Assembly: GCA_022843095.1 (NCBI GenBank)
Contig: JALHOH010000001.1
Span: 1 to 32,000, forward strand
DNA from: Candidatus Saccharimonadota bacterium
GTDB taxonomy: Bacteria; Patescibacteriota; Patescibacteriia; 2-12-FULL-60-25
Reading direction: 5' to 3'
Length of the DNA stretch: 32,000 bases
The position numbers and the translations under genes are program-made. This document shows positions 8,431-16,904 of this stretch, in pieces (positions within the stretch are counted from its first letter, which is position 1; each line of letters begins with the position of its first letter). The notes below the pieces were generated by a model. It ran no database searches, was not told the origin of the DNA, and saw nothing but the letters and a program-made list of their open reading frames with translations.

Positions 8431-8490
8431 TCCTGCACGCGACGAAAGGTGCGATGGGATCACGCATGATGCGTGTGTTCGCGTGCAGGA
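8431..8490 (-). promoter_or_regulatory. Inverted repeat in the bEBP leader, partly overlapping its Shine-Dalgarno sequence
   Basis: 12-bp arms TCCTGCACGCGA (8431-8442) and TCGCGTGCAGGA (8479-8490). They enclose a second small palindrome, ACGCAT-g-ATGCGT. Confidence 0.4.
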
Positions 8491-8680
8491 GGGACGGGAC
8501 GACCCCAGTGCGCGAGGCCGCATGGAGCTTCGCGACCGAGCGTGAGCTCGATGCAGCGTGCAGGCGGCCCGTCTCCTCCCAGGACAAGCGTGCCGGACGC
8601 GCGCGCGTCGCGTCAGGGGACGAATTTCTTGAATGCGTGTGTTGGCTGTGGACAAGCTGTGCGCAAACGGCGCGAGGGGC

Positions 8681-9244
8681 TCACGCCCCCACGACGCGCT
8701 GCCCAGCGCGCTTCATCTTTGTGTCCCGGAGGTCGAGGCAACGCCCTGGAAAGAGCGAGTAGTGCGCGCGATACCTCGACGGGCGCTCGTGTCGATACAG
8801 CGCGCCAGAGGTCGCTTCGAGCAGGAAAAACCCAAGACGATCGCCTCCCTCGACCCAGGCGTGCCCCTCACAGCGACGATCACGACAGAGGAAGCCCACG
8901 AGCATCGTGGCGGGCGTGCCCATCGCGTTCAGGACCGAGAGCGCGAACGCCGAAAGGTCGTCGCAGTCCCCTCCACCGCGCATGCGGGTCGCCGCAGGCG
9001 GGCCCCAGAGATCGCAACCAGCGGGGTCTGCGATGTATCGAAGGCGCTTCGTGGCGAGCTCGCTTCGGACGTAGTTCGCGACGACGTCTCCCGCCGCGTA
9101 TCCGGCACGCACCTGCGGCGCGAGCAGGCGCGAGATGTCTTTCACCTGCTCGGGGCGCATCACGCGATCGATCGCGTGGCACCAGTCCGCGGGGCTCGGA
9201 TACACGCACAGGCAGCCAGGACAAACAACTGGGAACGACGCCAT
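8681..9244 (-). CDS. Transglutaminase-like cysteine protease-fold protein (187 aa)
   Basis: GGGDCDDLSAFALSVLNAMGTPATMLVG...CEGHAWVE...LLEAT matches the Cys-His-Asp/Glu core spacing of the transglutaminase-like superfamily. The N-terminus has a Cys cluster, CPGCLC...C-H. Confidence 0.6.
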   Translation of the reverse strand: MASFPVVCPGCLCVYPSPADWCHAIDRVMRPEQVKDISRLLAPQVRAGYAAGDVVANYVRSELATKRLRYIADPAGCDLWGPPAATRMRGGGDCDDLSAFALSVLNAMGTPATMLVGFLCRDRRCEGHAWVEGGDRLGFFLLEATSGALYRHERPSRYRAHYSLFPGRCLDLRDTKMKRAGQRVVGA

Positions 9245-9366
9245 GTCTTTCGCGCTAGCACCGGCGTTCGAGGGAGCAACTCTCTCATTCGGGCTGCTGC
9301 GGAAGAGTGGACATACTCTGTCCGCGTCGAATTGCGGGGTGACCGCGTCCAGCTACCCTGCGTTGC

Positions 9367-9789
9367 ATGTCTCGTTCAGACGTTGCACTTGTTGTTGGAC
9401 TGCTCACCGTTGGAGTGCTCGGCGCCGGCGTGTACTTGCACCTGACCGCCGAACCCGAAGAGTCCCGCCGCATTCGACGGGAGGCTGACCAACGCCTGCG
9501 CGCTGGTGCCGTTCAGATCGCGAAGGCGCATGGGAACCCCAAGCTTCGCGAGAAGGCTCGCCTTGGCGTCGAGTTCGCGGATCGCGAGTGGTTCGGGAAG
9601 AACCGCTCCGGCGACCGCCCGCCGCACGGACTGCCTCGTAACATCCACGGCAATTGGTGCGGCTCCGGCGGCTGCGGCCCCGTGCTCGACGAGCTCGATC
9701 AGCTCTGCTTCGACCACGATCAGGCGTACCAGCGCGCGGATGAGGTCGCTCGGCTCTGGCGCGAAGGTCGACGACCGCTGCTCGCGTAG
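9367..9789 (+). CDS. Membrane-anchored phospholipase A2-like mini-protein (140 aa)
   Basis: N-terminal hydrophobic helix VALVVGLLTVGVLGAGVYLHL. HGNWCGSGGCG resembles the (Y/W)CGxGG Ca-loop, and LDQLCFDHDQAY resembles the D-x-C-C-x-x-H-D-x-x-Y catalytic motif of secreted PLA2s. Confidence 0.55.
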   Translation: MSRSDVALVVGLLTVGVLGAGVYLHLTAEPEESRRIRREADQRLRAGAVQIAKAHGNPKLREKARLGVEFADREWFGKNRSGDRPPHGLPRNIHGNWCGSGGCGPVLDELDQLCFDHDQAYQRADEVARLWREGRRPLLA

Positions 9790-9929
9790 CAGGCGTCGAC
9801 ACGCACAGCCCTCGACTCGCGCGGAACGACGACAAGCATGCGGAAGCGTGAGCGTGGGGCTCGACGAACGGAAGCGCCTCGTCCACGCCGCCCGCGACAC
9901 ACGCCACACCGCTGCGGTATCCGTGACTC

Positions 9930-10901
9930 GTGTCTCGCTCGCCACCAAGCCCAACAAACCGCCCGCTCGATGACGCCCCGCGCTCGGGCCCTGAGCCTTG
10001 GCGCAAGCACGATGGCGTGGCGTTCTGCCACTGGGATCGCTGGCTCTTGCGGCTCGCGCTCGACGAACGTGAGGGGCTTCGTGGCATGCGAGCGGACTTC
10101 CGCACCCGCATGAAGAAGTCACCGAGCGACAGCGCGTCGGAGGCGATGATTGCGCAGATCGATGACCTGGAGGCGCGCCTCTCATCGCTCGGGATGACGC
10201 CTGCGCAGCTCCTCGACGACGAGGAACGCACGAGCGACTGGCTGAAGAAGAAGGCGTTCAAGCGCGTGTGGCACGACGGTCCCCACGCAAAAACCCACGC
10301 AATGCGGCACCCACCTAGGCGCGTGCTCGAACTGCGCGCGCTGCGTGGACACTGGCCGAGGTTTCCGGTCGATCCAGGCCAGTATGAGCGTCTGTTCGAG
10401 GCGGTGATGCGCGACGCGAAGTTCAGCCGCTGGTCGGACGCGTCGTCCATCGCGATGACCTTCGAGGACACCGTCGAGCGCGAGAACGCGCGACTGTCCT
10501 GCCCGCACCGACAGCTCGCGCTGCATCGCGCGGCACTCACGGCAGTCATCGAGTGTATGGACCACGTCGACGACTCGGGCGCGGACATCGCCGAGGCATA
10601 CCGCGCGATCGAGCGCCGCTACCTCGACCTCGTTCGCGAGGCTCCGCTCGACATCCTTCTGCGTGATCTGCTCGAACTCGCGGTCTGGGAAGGATATGGG
10701 CTCACGGATGCGACGGAGCCGTTTCTCAGCACGCTCTCGGAGGATCGCGCGAACGTCGCCATGAGCGAGCTCGCCCGGATCATCGCTGAGCTGCGCACGC
10801 ACGAGCTCGAGTACGCGCTTGGTACCGCGCGGCGCCTGCGCTCGCTCGTGCTCTCGTCGCTGCGTGAGCAGAACGACGCCGAGGTTGACCAGGACGCGTA
10901 G
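9930..10901 (+). CDS. Hypothetical helical protein (start uncertain: GTG 9930 or ATG 10086)
   Basis: Long ORF with a natural D/E/L/A-rich composition. The antisense ORFs (9404..10588, 10182..11525) are R/S-rich junk. No family recognised. Confidence 0.5.
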   Translation: MSRSPPSPTNRPLDDAPRSGPEPWRKHDGVAFCHWDRWLLRLALDEREGLRGMRADFRTRMKKSPSDSASEAMIAQIDDLEARLSSLGMTPAQLLDDEERTSDWLKKKAFKRVWHDGPHAKTHAMRHPPRRVLELRALRGHWPRFPVDPGQYERLFEAVMRDAKFSRWSDASSIAMTFEDTVERENARLSCPHRQLALHRAALTAVIECMDHVDDSGADIAEAYRAIERRYLDLVREAPLDILLRDLLELAVWEGYGLTDATEPFLSTLSEDRANVAMSELARIIAELRTHELEYALGTARRLRSLVLSSLREQNDAEVDQDA

Positions 10902-10925
10902 GGCCGATACTCGGGCGGAAGAACG

Positions 10926-11943
10926 ATGACTAACCTCTCGGAGCGTCGCGTCTGGCTGCTCTGCTCGGTCGCGGCGATGTCTGCGGCCGACATCCACGAA
11001 CTCACGGGCTGGCCTCTCGCGGACATCGAACCGCTCTTCGCGCGTGCGATCGCGTCCGCCACGAGCACACGCGAAGCGCTCGAATGCGTGTTCTCGCGTG
11101 CGCGTGGAGCGACGATCGGCGCGACGACCATCAAGGGCATCGAGCGGGCGGTGGAGGCGAAGCAAGGGACGCTTCGCGCCCTGCTGAGGAAGGTTGCCGC
11201 GTTGCCATGGGACGAGCTCGAAGCGCTCCACCTCGAACAGCTTGGCCGGCTCCTTCTCCACGCGGACGGACGACGATCGCTCACGGGCCAGCTCGAAGCC
11301 CTGCGACACGAGGAGCGATGGAGCACGGACCGTCCCGCCCAGCGAAGGGAGCGAGCCGTTGCACATCGAACCGTGGTCCCAGCGTTCGCGATCGTGACCG
11401 TCACGCTCGCGGAGGTGACCCCGCCGGTCTGGCGCCGCGTCTCGGTTCCGCTGACCTACTCGCTTCGTGAGCTTCACGACGTGATCCAGCTCGCGATGGG
11501 GTGGACCCACTCGCATCTGCATCAATTCACGATCGGCGAGAAGCGCTACACACCTCCCGTACCGATCGACGACGAGGATCTGGATGCTCTCGACGACCGC
11601 TCCACCACGCTCGGCAACGTCGCGCGCAGGCTTCTCGTTCGAGTACGAGTACGACTTCGGCGACTGCTGGCGTCACGAGGTCGTGATCGACCGCGTGCTC
11701 GGCGCTGACCGCTCGCTGAAGCTTGAGTGTCTCGCAGGCGCGGGTGCGTGTCCGCCGGAGGACTGCGGGGGCTGCTCGGGCTACGCGCTCCTCGTGGACG
11801 CGCTCGCGAACCCACGACACCCCGAGCACGAGGCGCTGAGCGATTGGGCCCCGCCCGGCTTCGATGCGTCGCTCTTCGATCTCGACCGCGCGAACGAACG
11901 CCTACACGCGTACGTCGCGGGGCAGTTGTCGCGCGAGCCCTGA
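10926..11943 (+). pseudogene. HTH + PRiA4_ORF3-like (pRiA4b ORF-3 family) gene interrupted by a +1 frameshift near 11620-11630
   Basis: Frame A (10926..11708) gives ...VTLAEVTPPVWRRVSVPLTYSLRELHDVIQLAMGWTHSHLHQFTIGEKRY. Frame B (open from at least 11584 to 11943) continues with the family hallmark FSFEYEYDFGDCWRHEVV...CPPEDCGGCSGYALL. The junction falls in the GCGCGC run at 11621-11627. Confidence 0.7.
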
Positions 11944-12070
11944 CACCGCGCAGGCGCCGAGTAGCGTGCGGTCTTTCGCGGGTATCGGGCGATCTGCAGC
12001 GAGTGGAGCGCCGTTCGCTCCTTCCTGCCGAGGAGAGCCTCTCGCTCCCCGCCGCAACGTCGCGAATGAA

Positions 12071-12673
12071 CTACGCCGCGAGCGACGCAACGAACGGCTC
12101 GTACAACTCATCGACCTCGTTCGCGTCGAGGGCGAGAAGGTGCCAGCGGGTGAGCGCGCCGTAGAACCCGCCGTGCAAATGATGGAGCGGCATACACTCG
12201 GCGACGATGAACGCTCGGCTCGTGAGTGAAATCTTCCAGGTGTCCTGCGCGTTGAGCGGGAGGATCGCCGTGACCGACTCGACGCTCTTGATGCTCGGCA
12301 GCGCGAGGGTGATCTGTTGCTGCTCGCGGAGGAGTTCGTCGCGCACATCGCGCTCGGCACGATCGAGCATGGGCCCGACGAGGCTCCAGCCGGTCGAGCC
12401 CGTGTCGACATCGATGCCCAAGGTTTCGAGCCAGTCTCGGAGCGGCGTGGACAGCGCCGCGATGCAAAGCCCATCGCCCACACCCCACGCACCAAGCCGA
12501 ACTCCGCTCGTGATAGCCGCTCGGCGGATGCGAGCGCGCAGCCTTGCGATGTCCCGCTCACGCGAGGTATCGTTCCTCGCGTGATTTGCAGGGGAAAACG
12601 CAACGTCACTCCACGGCGCGTCGCAGGGAACTCTCTGCGTCATCGCCCGGCGGAACAACCGATGATCGACCAT
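12071..12673 (-). CDS. Hypothetical protein (200 aa; start at ATG 12673 or 12643)
   Basis: The C-terminal 200 aa of ORF 12071..12967 are protein-like (…WLETLGIDVDTGSTGWSLVGPMLDRAERDVRDELL…). The upstream extension is R/T/S junk. No family recognised. Confidence 0.45.
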   Translation of the reverse strand: MVDHRLFRRAMTQRVPCDAPWSDVAFSPANHARNDTSRERDIARLRARIRRAAITSGVRLGAWGVGDGLCIAALSTPLRDWLETLGIDVDTGSTGWSLVGPMLDRAERDVRDELLREQQQITLALPSIKSVESVTAILPLNAQDTWKISLTSRAFIVAECMPLHHLHGGFYGALTRWHLLALDANEVDELYEPFVASLAA

Positions 12674-13161
12674 TGTCAAGCCTCGTGTGGTTGACGTCGG
12701 TGGCGATGAGGGGGTCAAGACCTCGTCGCCCCGCCGTTTTTCATATCCAAACGCACGGCGACCGCACATTCGGCCGCTCCCTTCAGCGTTCCGAGCGAAG
12801 GCTGGAAAGTCAAGCCACGCCACGAGCCGCAGCGATCCGCCACTGCTTCTCGTCGCGCGACTCGCCCCGAGCGTGGTGCGTGGCTCCGCGATCAGTGCGC
12901 GGTGAGCGTGCGTGGAACCTGTGGCGGTCGTGCGCACCAGAGCGGCACAAGCCAAGCGCCGTGTCATCGCGCCGCAGCAGTTGACGCTCCTGCGCCCGAC
13001 GAGGGGCTCGATGAGCGTTTCTGCGACACGCTCGCAAGGAGCCCACCGCGTTCACGTCGGCACCGCGCGCAGTCGTCGCGGATCGAGTTACTGCCGCCGA
13101 GCGCAAGCGGCCACGCGCGATTCCTTCGACAACCGCAAACTCGGCCGGGCACACTCGCTGC

Positions 13162-14349
13162 GTGACGGCGCCCGAACAGCCAGCGCGATCCTGGTGGCAG
13201 TTATCACTGCTGTCGAATCAATTTCCCGCGCTCCATGGGCTGCGAGTGCTGGCCATCCTGAGCGTCGTGCAGATTCACGTGACTGTCGTGCTCGCGTGGG
13301 GACAGATGCTCGCGCCGTCGACGCTCACGCGATGGTCGTCTGCGGTGTGGTTCGGCATGGACCTGTTCTTCGTGCTCTCGGGCTTCTTGATCGGCTCGAT
13401 CCTGTTGTCCGATGCAGCCAGCAACAAGCACAGCATCGCTCGCTTCTATGCGCGTCGCGCGTTTCGGACGATCCCGCTCTACGCGTTCGTCCTGTTCGTG
13501 CTGTGGCGCACCGAGAAGCCCGCGTTGCCGCTCCGAACGATCTGGCCCGAGTTTGTCTACCTCACGCCGTACCTGCGCTCGAACACGAACTACATCGTGA
13601 TGCCCTTCGCGTGGTCGCTCTGCGTCGAGGAGCACTTCTACTTGGCCGCACCGTTGCTACTCGCGTTGCTTCGCAAACTGCAATCGCATCGCGCTCGCCT
13701 CGTCACACTCGGCGCACTGTGGGCGTCTGCGCTCGTCATTCGCCACGCGATCTTCTGGGCCGCGAGGACACCATGGAGCGATCCCGAACTGTTCCGCTGG
13801 ATGTACGTCCTCACCCATACACGCTTCGACACCCTCGTCGCGGGGGTTTTGCTCGCGTATGCGCACCACCATTTCGGCGCTTCGTTGACGAGCGCTTTTC
13901 GAGCGGGTGTCGCGCGCCTCGTGTCGTACGCGATCGCGGTTGCGGCGATCGCGTGGCTGCTTCCTCCTCACGGAGCGCTACCGCACTCGAATTGGCAACT
14001 CTTTGCCTGGGGAAGCGTCACAAGCGTCGCCTACGCCGCCATCTTGCTCCCGCTGCTACACAGCCCGCCAACAGCATGGCTCCCACGTGTCTTGGGCGCG
14101 CGGTTGTGGCTGCCGATCGCAACGCTCGGGTACGGAGTGTATCTCGTGCACATCCCGCTCATGGATCACGTCGTAAAGCTCGCATCAGTCGGCTTTTTCC
14201 TCGCAGGATGGCCCGCGCACACCCGCTGGCTTCTTGCGTTCGTGTTGCTCTGCATTCTGAGCTGGTCGCTCGCGTACGTGCTGCACGTCTGCGTCGAAAA
14301 ACCTGCGCTTCGACTGCGCGATCGAATCGCGCCGCCACTACCGCAGTGA
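13162..14349 (+). CDS. Acyltransferase family 3 (OafA/Acyl_transf_3-like) integral membrane protein
   Basis: GTG start. The N-terminal FPALHGLRVLAILSVVQIH motif is followed by about 10 hydrophobic segments, typical of PF01757-type O-acyltransferases. Confidence 0.8.
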   Translation: MTAPEQPARSWWQLSLLSNQFPALHGLRVLAILSVVQIHVTVVLAWGQMLAPSTLTRWSSAVWFGMDLFFVLSGFLIGSILLSDAASNKHSIARFYARRAFRTIPLYAFVLFVLWRTEKPALPLRTIWPEFVYLTPYLRSNTNYIVMPFAWSLCVEEHFYLAAPLLLALLRKLQSHRARLVTLGALWASALVIRHAIFWAARTPWSDPELFRWMYVLTHTRFDTLVAGVLLAYAHHHFGASLTSAFRAGVARLVSYAIAVAAIAWLLPPHGALPHSNWQLFAWGSVTSVAYAAILLPLLHSPPTAWLPRVLGARLWLPIATLGYGVYLVHIPLMDHVVKLASVGFFLAGWPAHTRWLLAFVLLCILSWSLAYVLHVCVEKPALRLRDRIAPPLPQ

Positions 14350-16413
14350 CGCTCCCGTGTAGCGTGATCGACTGGCGGTGAAACACCACGGATGGCGCAA
14401 GCGCGCTCGACGAGCGCTTGCCACAGCGACGCCGAAGAAGTCGCCGGCACTCTGCCCCTCGAACACCCGAGAAGGAATCATCGAGAACCCGCCCGCTGCG
14501 TTGAGAAAAAGGTTCGCCGTGCCGGCATCCATTCTTCCGCCCGGATTCGCGAGGCTCGCGCCAATGATGAGATCGAGACGACCATCACCATCGACGTCAC
14601 CAGCGCCGCTGAGTGCTACGCCGAAGTAGTCGCCCGCAGCAACGCCACCAAACGTGCGGAGCGCCAGCGCCTGAACGCCCGACGCACTGCCGCGAAACAG
14701 ATACGCTTGTCCCGCGTCGTTCATCATCAGCGGATCCGCGAAGTGCGCACCGACAAGGATGTCGTCGAACCCGTCCTGATCGACGTCACCAACCGCTGCT
14801 GAAGACCAGCCGAACAAGTCGCCGGCGGCCACGCCATCGAGCACGCGCGCAGCAGTCGAACCCACGCCGCTCGCACTGCCATGGAATACACTGAGCGTTC
14901 CAGCGTCCATCCGTCCACCAGGATCGGCGAGGTTCGCGCCGATGAGCAGGTCTGCGAAGCCGTCGCCGTTCACATCGCCCGCAGCAGATACCGACACACC
15001 CAGCGAGTCGGAAGTCGCCGCTCCATTCAGCGTCCGCTCTGGCGTCATGGAGATTCCCGATGGTGATCCATGAAACACGCTGGCAGAACCCGCACTCATG
15101 CGACCCGCCGGATCTGCTGCAGGCGCTCCAACGATGATGTCACCGAAGCCGTCGCCATTGAGATCGCCCGCACCCGCAGAGTCCCAACCGAAGCCATCAC
15201 CAGCAGCGGCGCCCTCGAGCACTCGCGCAGCAGTGGCGTTCAGTCCGGCGCCCGATCCATGAAAGACGCTCGCAGTTCCAGCTTCCATTCGCCCGCCCGG
15301 GTCCGCCCAGTACGCACCAACGACAATGTCTGCGTACCCATCGCCGTTCACGTCACCAGCTCCAGCGATGGACCAAGAGAAAAAGTCGTTCGCGTTGCGT
15401 CCTTCGAGCACCAAGCTCGGCGTTGAGCCGATGCCTGTCGCACTCCCGTAGAAAATGTTGGCGGTGCCTGCGTTCATCCTCCCTCCGGGATCTGCCCACG
15501 ACGAACCAACCAACAGGTCCGCAAACCCGTCGCCGTTGATGTCTCCCCCGGAACTTACGACTACGCCGAAGTCATCGCCATTCGCGACGCCACGCAGCGT
15601 CACCGCCGGAGCTGCGGGCAGTCCTGTCGCACTTCCGTAGTACACATCGACCTTGCCGCGCCCTCCCTCCGCCTTCGGAGCACCAATCGCAACGTCCGCA
15701 AACCCATCACCGTTCACGTCCAGCTCGGTGCCGAAGCTCGTGTCGACGGGCGCGCTCGCCGCACCAACGCGGAACCACCACGGACTCGTCGACATCGTTC
15801 CTTCGTTCGATCCGTCTCGGCCACGCAGGCGCCAGAACCACACGCCAGGAGCAAGGCTCGCAGACGGACGAAAGCGGTCACCCGTGACGCGCGGTGATTG
15901 CTCGATGCGCGCGAAATCACGAGAACGACTCAGCTCGACCACCGCCCCATCTGTTCGAGCGCTGTTTTGCCAACGCAACGTCGGACGCTGCGAGGTAACG
16001 GTGCTGGTGCTGAGCGGCGCAATCGCGCGCGGCGCAGGCAGCATGGGATCGACGACGATGGACGCGTCGTTCGCGTCTGGAACGTCTGCTGCGACGCTTC
16101 CATCCCCTTCATCCACCACATCAACGCGCGGGACGTCTGCGACATCTGCATCGTCCATCGAACCGTCGCGTACTCCAGTGTCGACGCCCGTGTCGCTCGC
16201 GTCCGCGACGGCATCGACGCGGGCGTCTCGTGCGGCATCTGCGGCGATCACGGTGCAGCGGCTCCGTGCGAGCGAGGGAAGATCCTCGCACGGGACGTGA
16301 CAGCCGAATCGACCCAACGGATTGCCGGGCGGGCACGTGTACCCGCAGGCACCAAGCCCCGCGAACACCAGCACGCCAAGCGTGCGCGTGAAGAACGATC
16401 GAAGCGCGCTCAT
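14338..16413 (-). CDS. FG-GAP repeat (7-blade beta-propeller) lipoprotein (691 aa)
   Basis: Signal peptide plus lipobox MSALRSFFTRTLGVLVFAGLGAC. Seven copies of GD(V/I/L)(N/D)(G/Q)DG(F/Y/R)xD(I/V/L)xxG(A/S). The start forms an ATGA overlap with the upstream gene. The 3' end overlaps the acyltransferase gene by 12 nt. Confidence 0.85.
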   Translation of the reverse strand: MSALRSFFTRTLGVLVFAGLGACGYTCPPGNPLGRFGCHVPCEDLPSLARSRCTVIAADAARDARVDAVADASDTGVDTGVRDGSMDDADVADVPRVDVVDEGDGSVAADVPDANDASIVVDPMLPAPRAIAPLSTSTVTSQRPTLRWQNSARTDGAVVELSRSRDFARIEQSPRVTGDRFRPSASLAPGVWFWRLRGRDGSNEGTMSTSPWWFRVGAASAPVDTSFGTELDVNGDGFADVAIGAPKAEGGRGKVDVYYGSATGLPAAPAVTLRGVANGDDFGVVVSSGGDINGDGFADLLVGSSWADPGGRMNAGTANIFYGSATGIGSTPSLVLEGRNANDFFSWSIAGAGDVNGDGYADIVVGAYWADPGGRMEAGTASVFHGSGAGLNATAARVLEGAAAGDGFGWDSAGAGDLNGDGFGDIIVGAPAADPAGRMSAGSASVFHGSPSGISMTPERTLNGAATSDSLGVSVSAAGDVNGDGFADLLIGANLADPGGRMDAGTLSVFHGSASGVGSTAARVLDGVAAGDLFGWSSAAVGDVDQDGFDDILVGAHFADPLMMNDAGQAYLFRGSASGVQALALRTFGGVAAGDYFGVALSGAGDVDGDGRLDLIIGASLANPGGRMDAGTANLFLNAAGGFSMIPSRVFEGQSAGDFFGVAVASARRARLRHPWCFTASRSRYTGASLR

Positions 16414-16904
16414 GGGCACCCCGCGCTGGACTCGATGGGGGCGGTCACCGGCCGAAGCGTGACCGCAATCGCGCGGTGATCTCCCGCCATCCAGTTCACG
16501 CCACGCGCATCCCCTTCGGCGAGCACCGTGCGATCGCTCCCGCATACGCCGGTCGCCACGACCGCCTGCACGCGGAGCGCATCCACTGCCCCTCCTGCCC
16601 ACCACGAGACGGGCATGGGCATGCGGTCCTCGCCGTTCCAGCTTGCGATGCGCCGGGCCTCGCGGCTCGGGTCCCACCCAGGCTCGGGGACGAGCGGCAC
16701 GGGCACAGGCGCGCCCGGGGCGCGCGGCGCATACACGATGAGGCTCACGAGCTCGGGGCGACTCGATGTGCCGAGCGCGGTACGCAGGTCGGTCAGCACG
16801 AGGTTCATCTCGGCGTTGCCATCGGAGGCACAGGCGCTGGTGCCCACCGCCCCCATGAGCACGCCTGCGAAATACACGCGAAGAACGCGACGTTCAGAGT
16901 GCAT
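16410..16904 (-). CDS. Small putative lipoprotein (164 aa)
   Basis: MHSERRVLRVYFAGVLMGAVGTSAC looks like a signal peptide with lipobox. The start overlaps the upstream stop (TGATG at 16902-16906) and the stop overlaps the downstream start (ATGA at 16410-16413). Confidence 0.5.
   Translation of the reverse strand: MHSERRVLRVYFAGVLMGAVGTSACASDGNAEMNLVLTDLRTALGTSSRPELVSLIVYAPRAPGAPVPVPLVPEPGWDPSREARRIASWNGEDRMPMPVSWWAGGAVDALRVQAVVATGVCGSDRTVLAEGDARGVNWMAGDHRAIAVTLRPVTAPIESSAGCP

Noticed and set aside
7404-8762. 452-aa plus-strand ORF (and 7123..8133, 7481..7939)
   Set aside because: It is antisense to, or frame-shifted against, the unambiguous sigma-54 activator gene, and its composition is junk.
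9404-11525. Long minus-strand ORFs 9404..10588 (394 aa) and 10182..11525 (447 aa)
   Set aside because: They are antisense to the PLA2-like, hypothetical and PRiA4-like genes, and they are R/S-rich. The plus-strand products have natural composition and family motifs.
13147-13161. Sigma-54 promoter-like GGGCAC-N5-CTGC upstream of the acyltransferase gene
   Set aside because: The GG/GC spacing is correct, but the element ends 1 nt before the GTG start. The predicted transcription start would therefore fall inside the conserved N-terminus of the CDS. It is probably a chance match in GC-rich DNA.
12912-14381. 489-aa plus-strand ORF overlapping the acyltransferase gene in another frame
   Set aside because: The 13162..14349 frame gives a coherent multi-TM acyltransferase-3 sequence, while this frame is R/A-rich with no hydrophobic periodicity.
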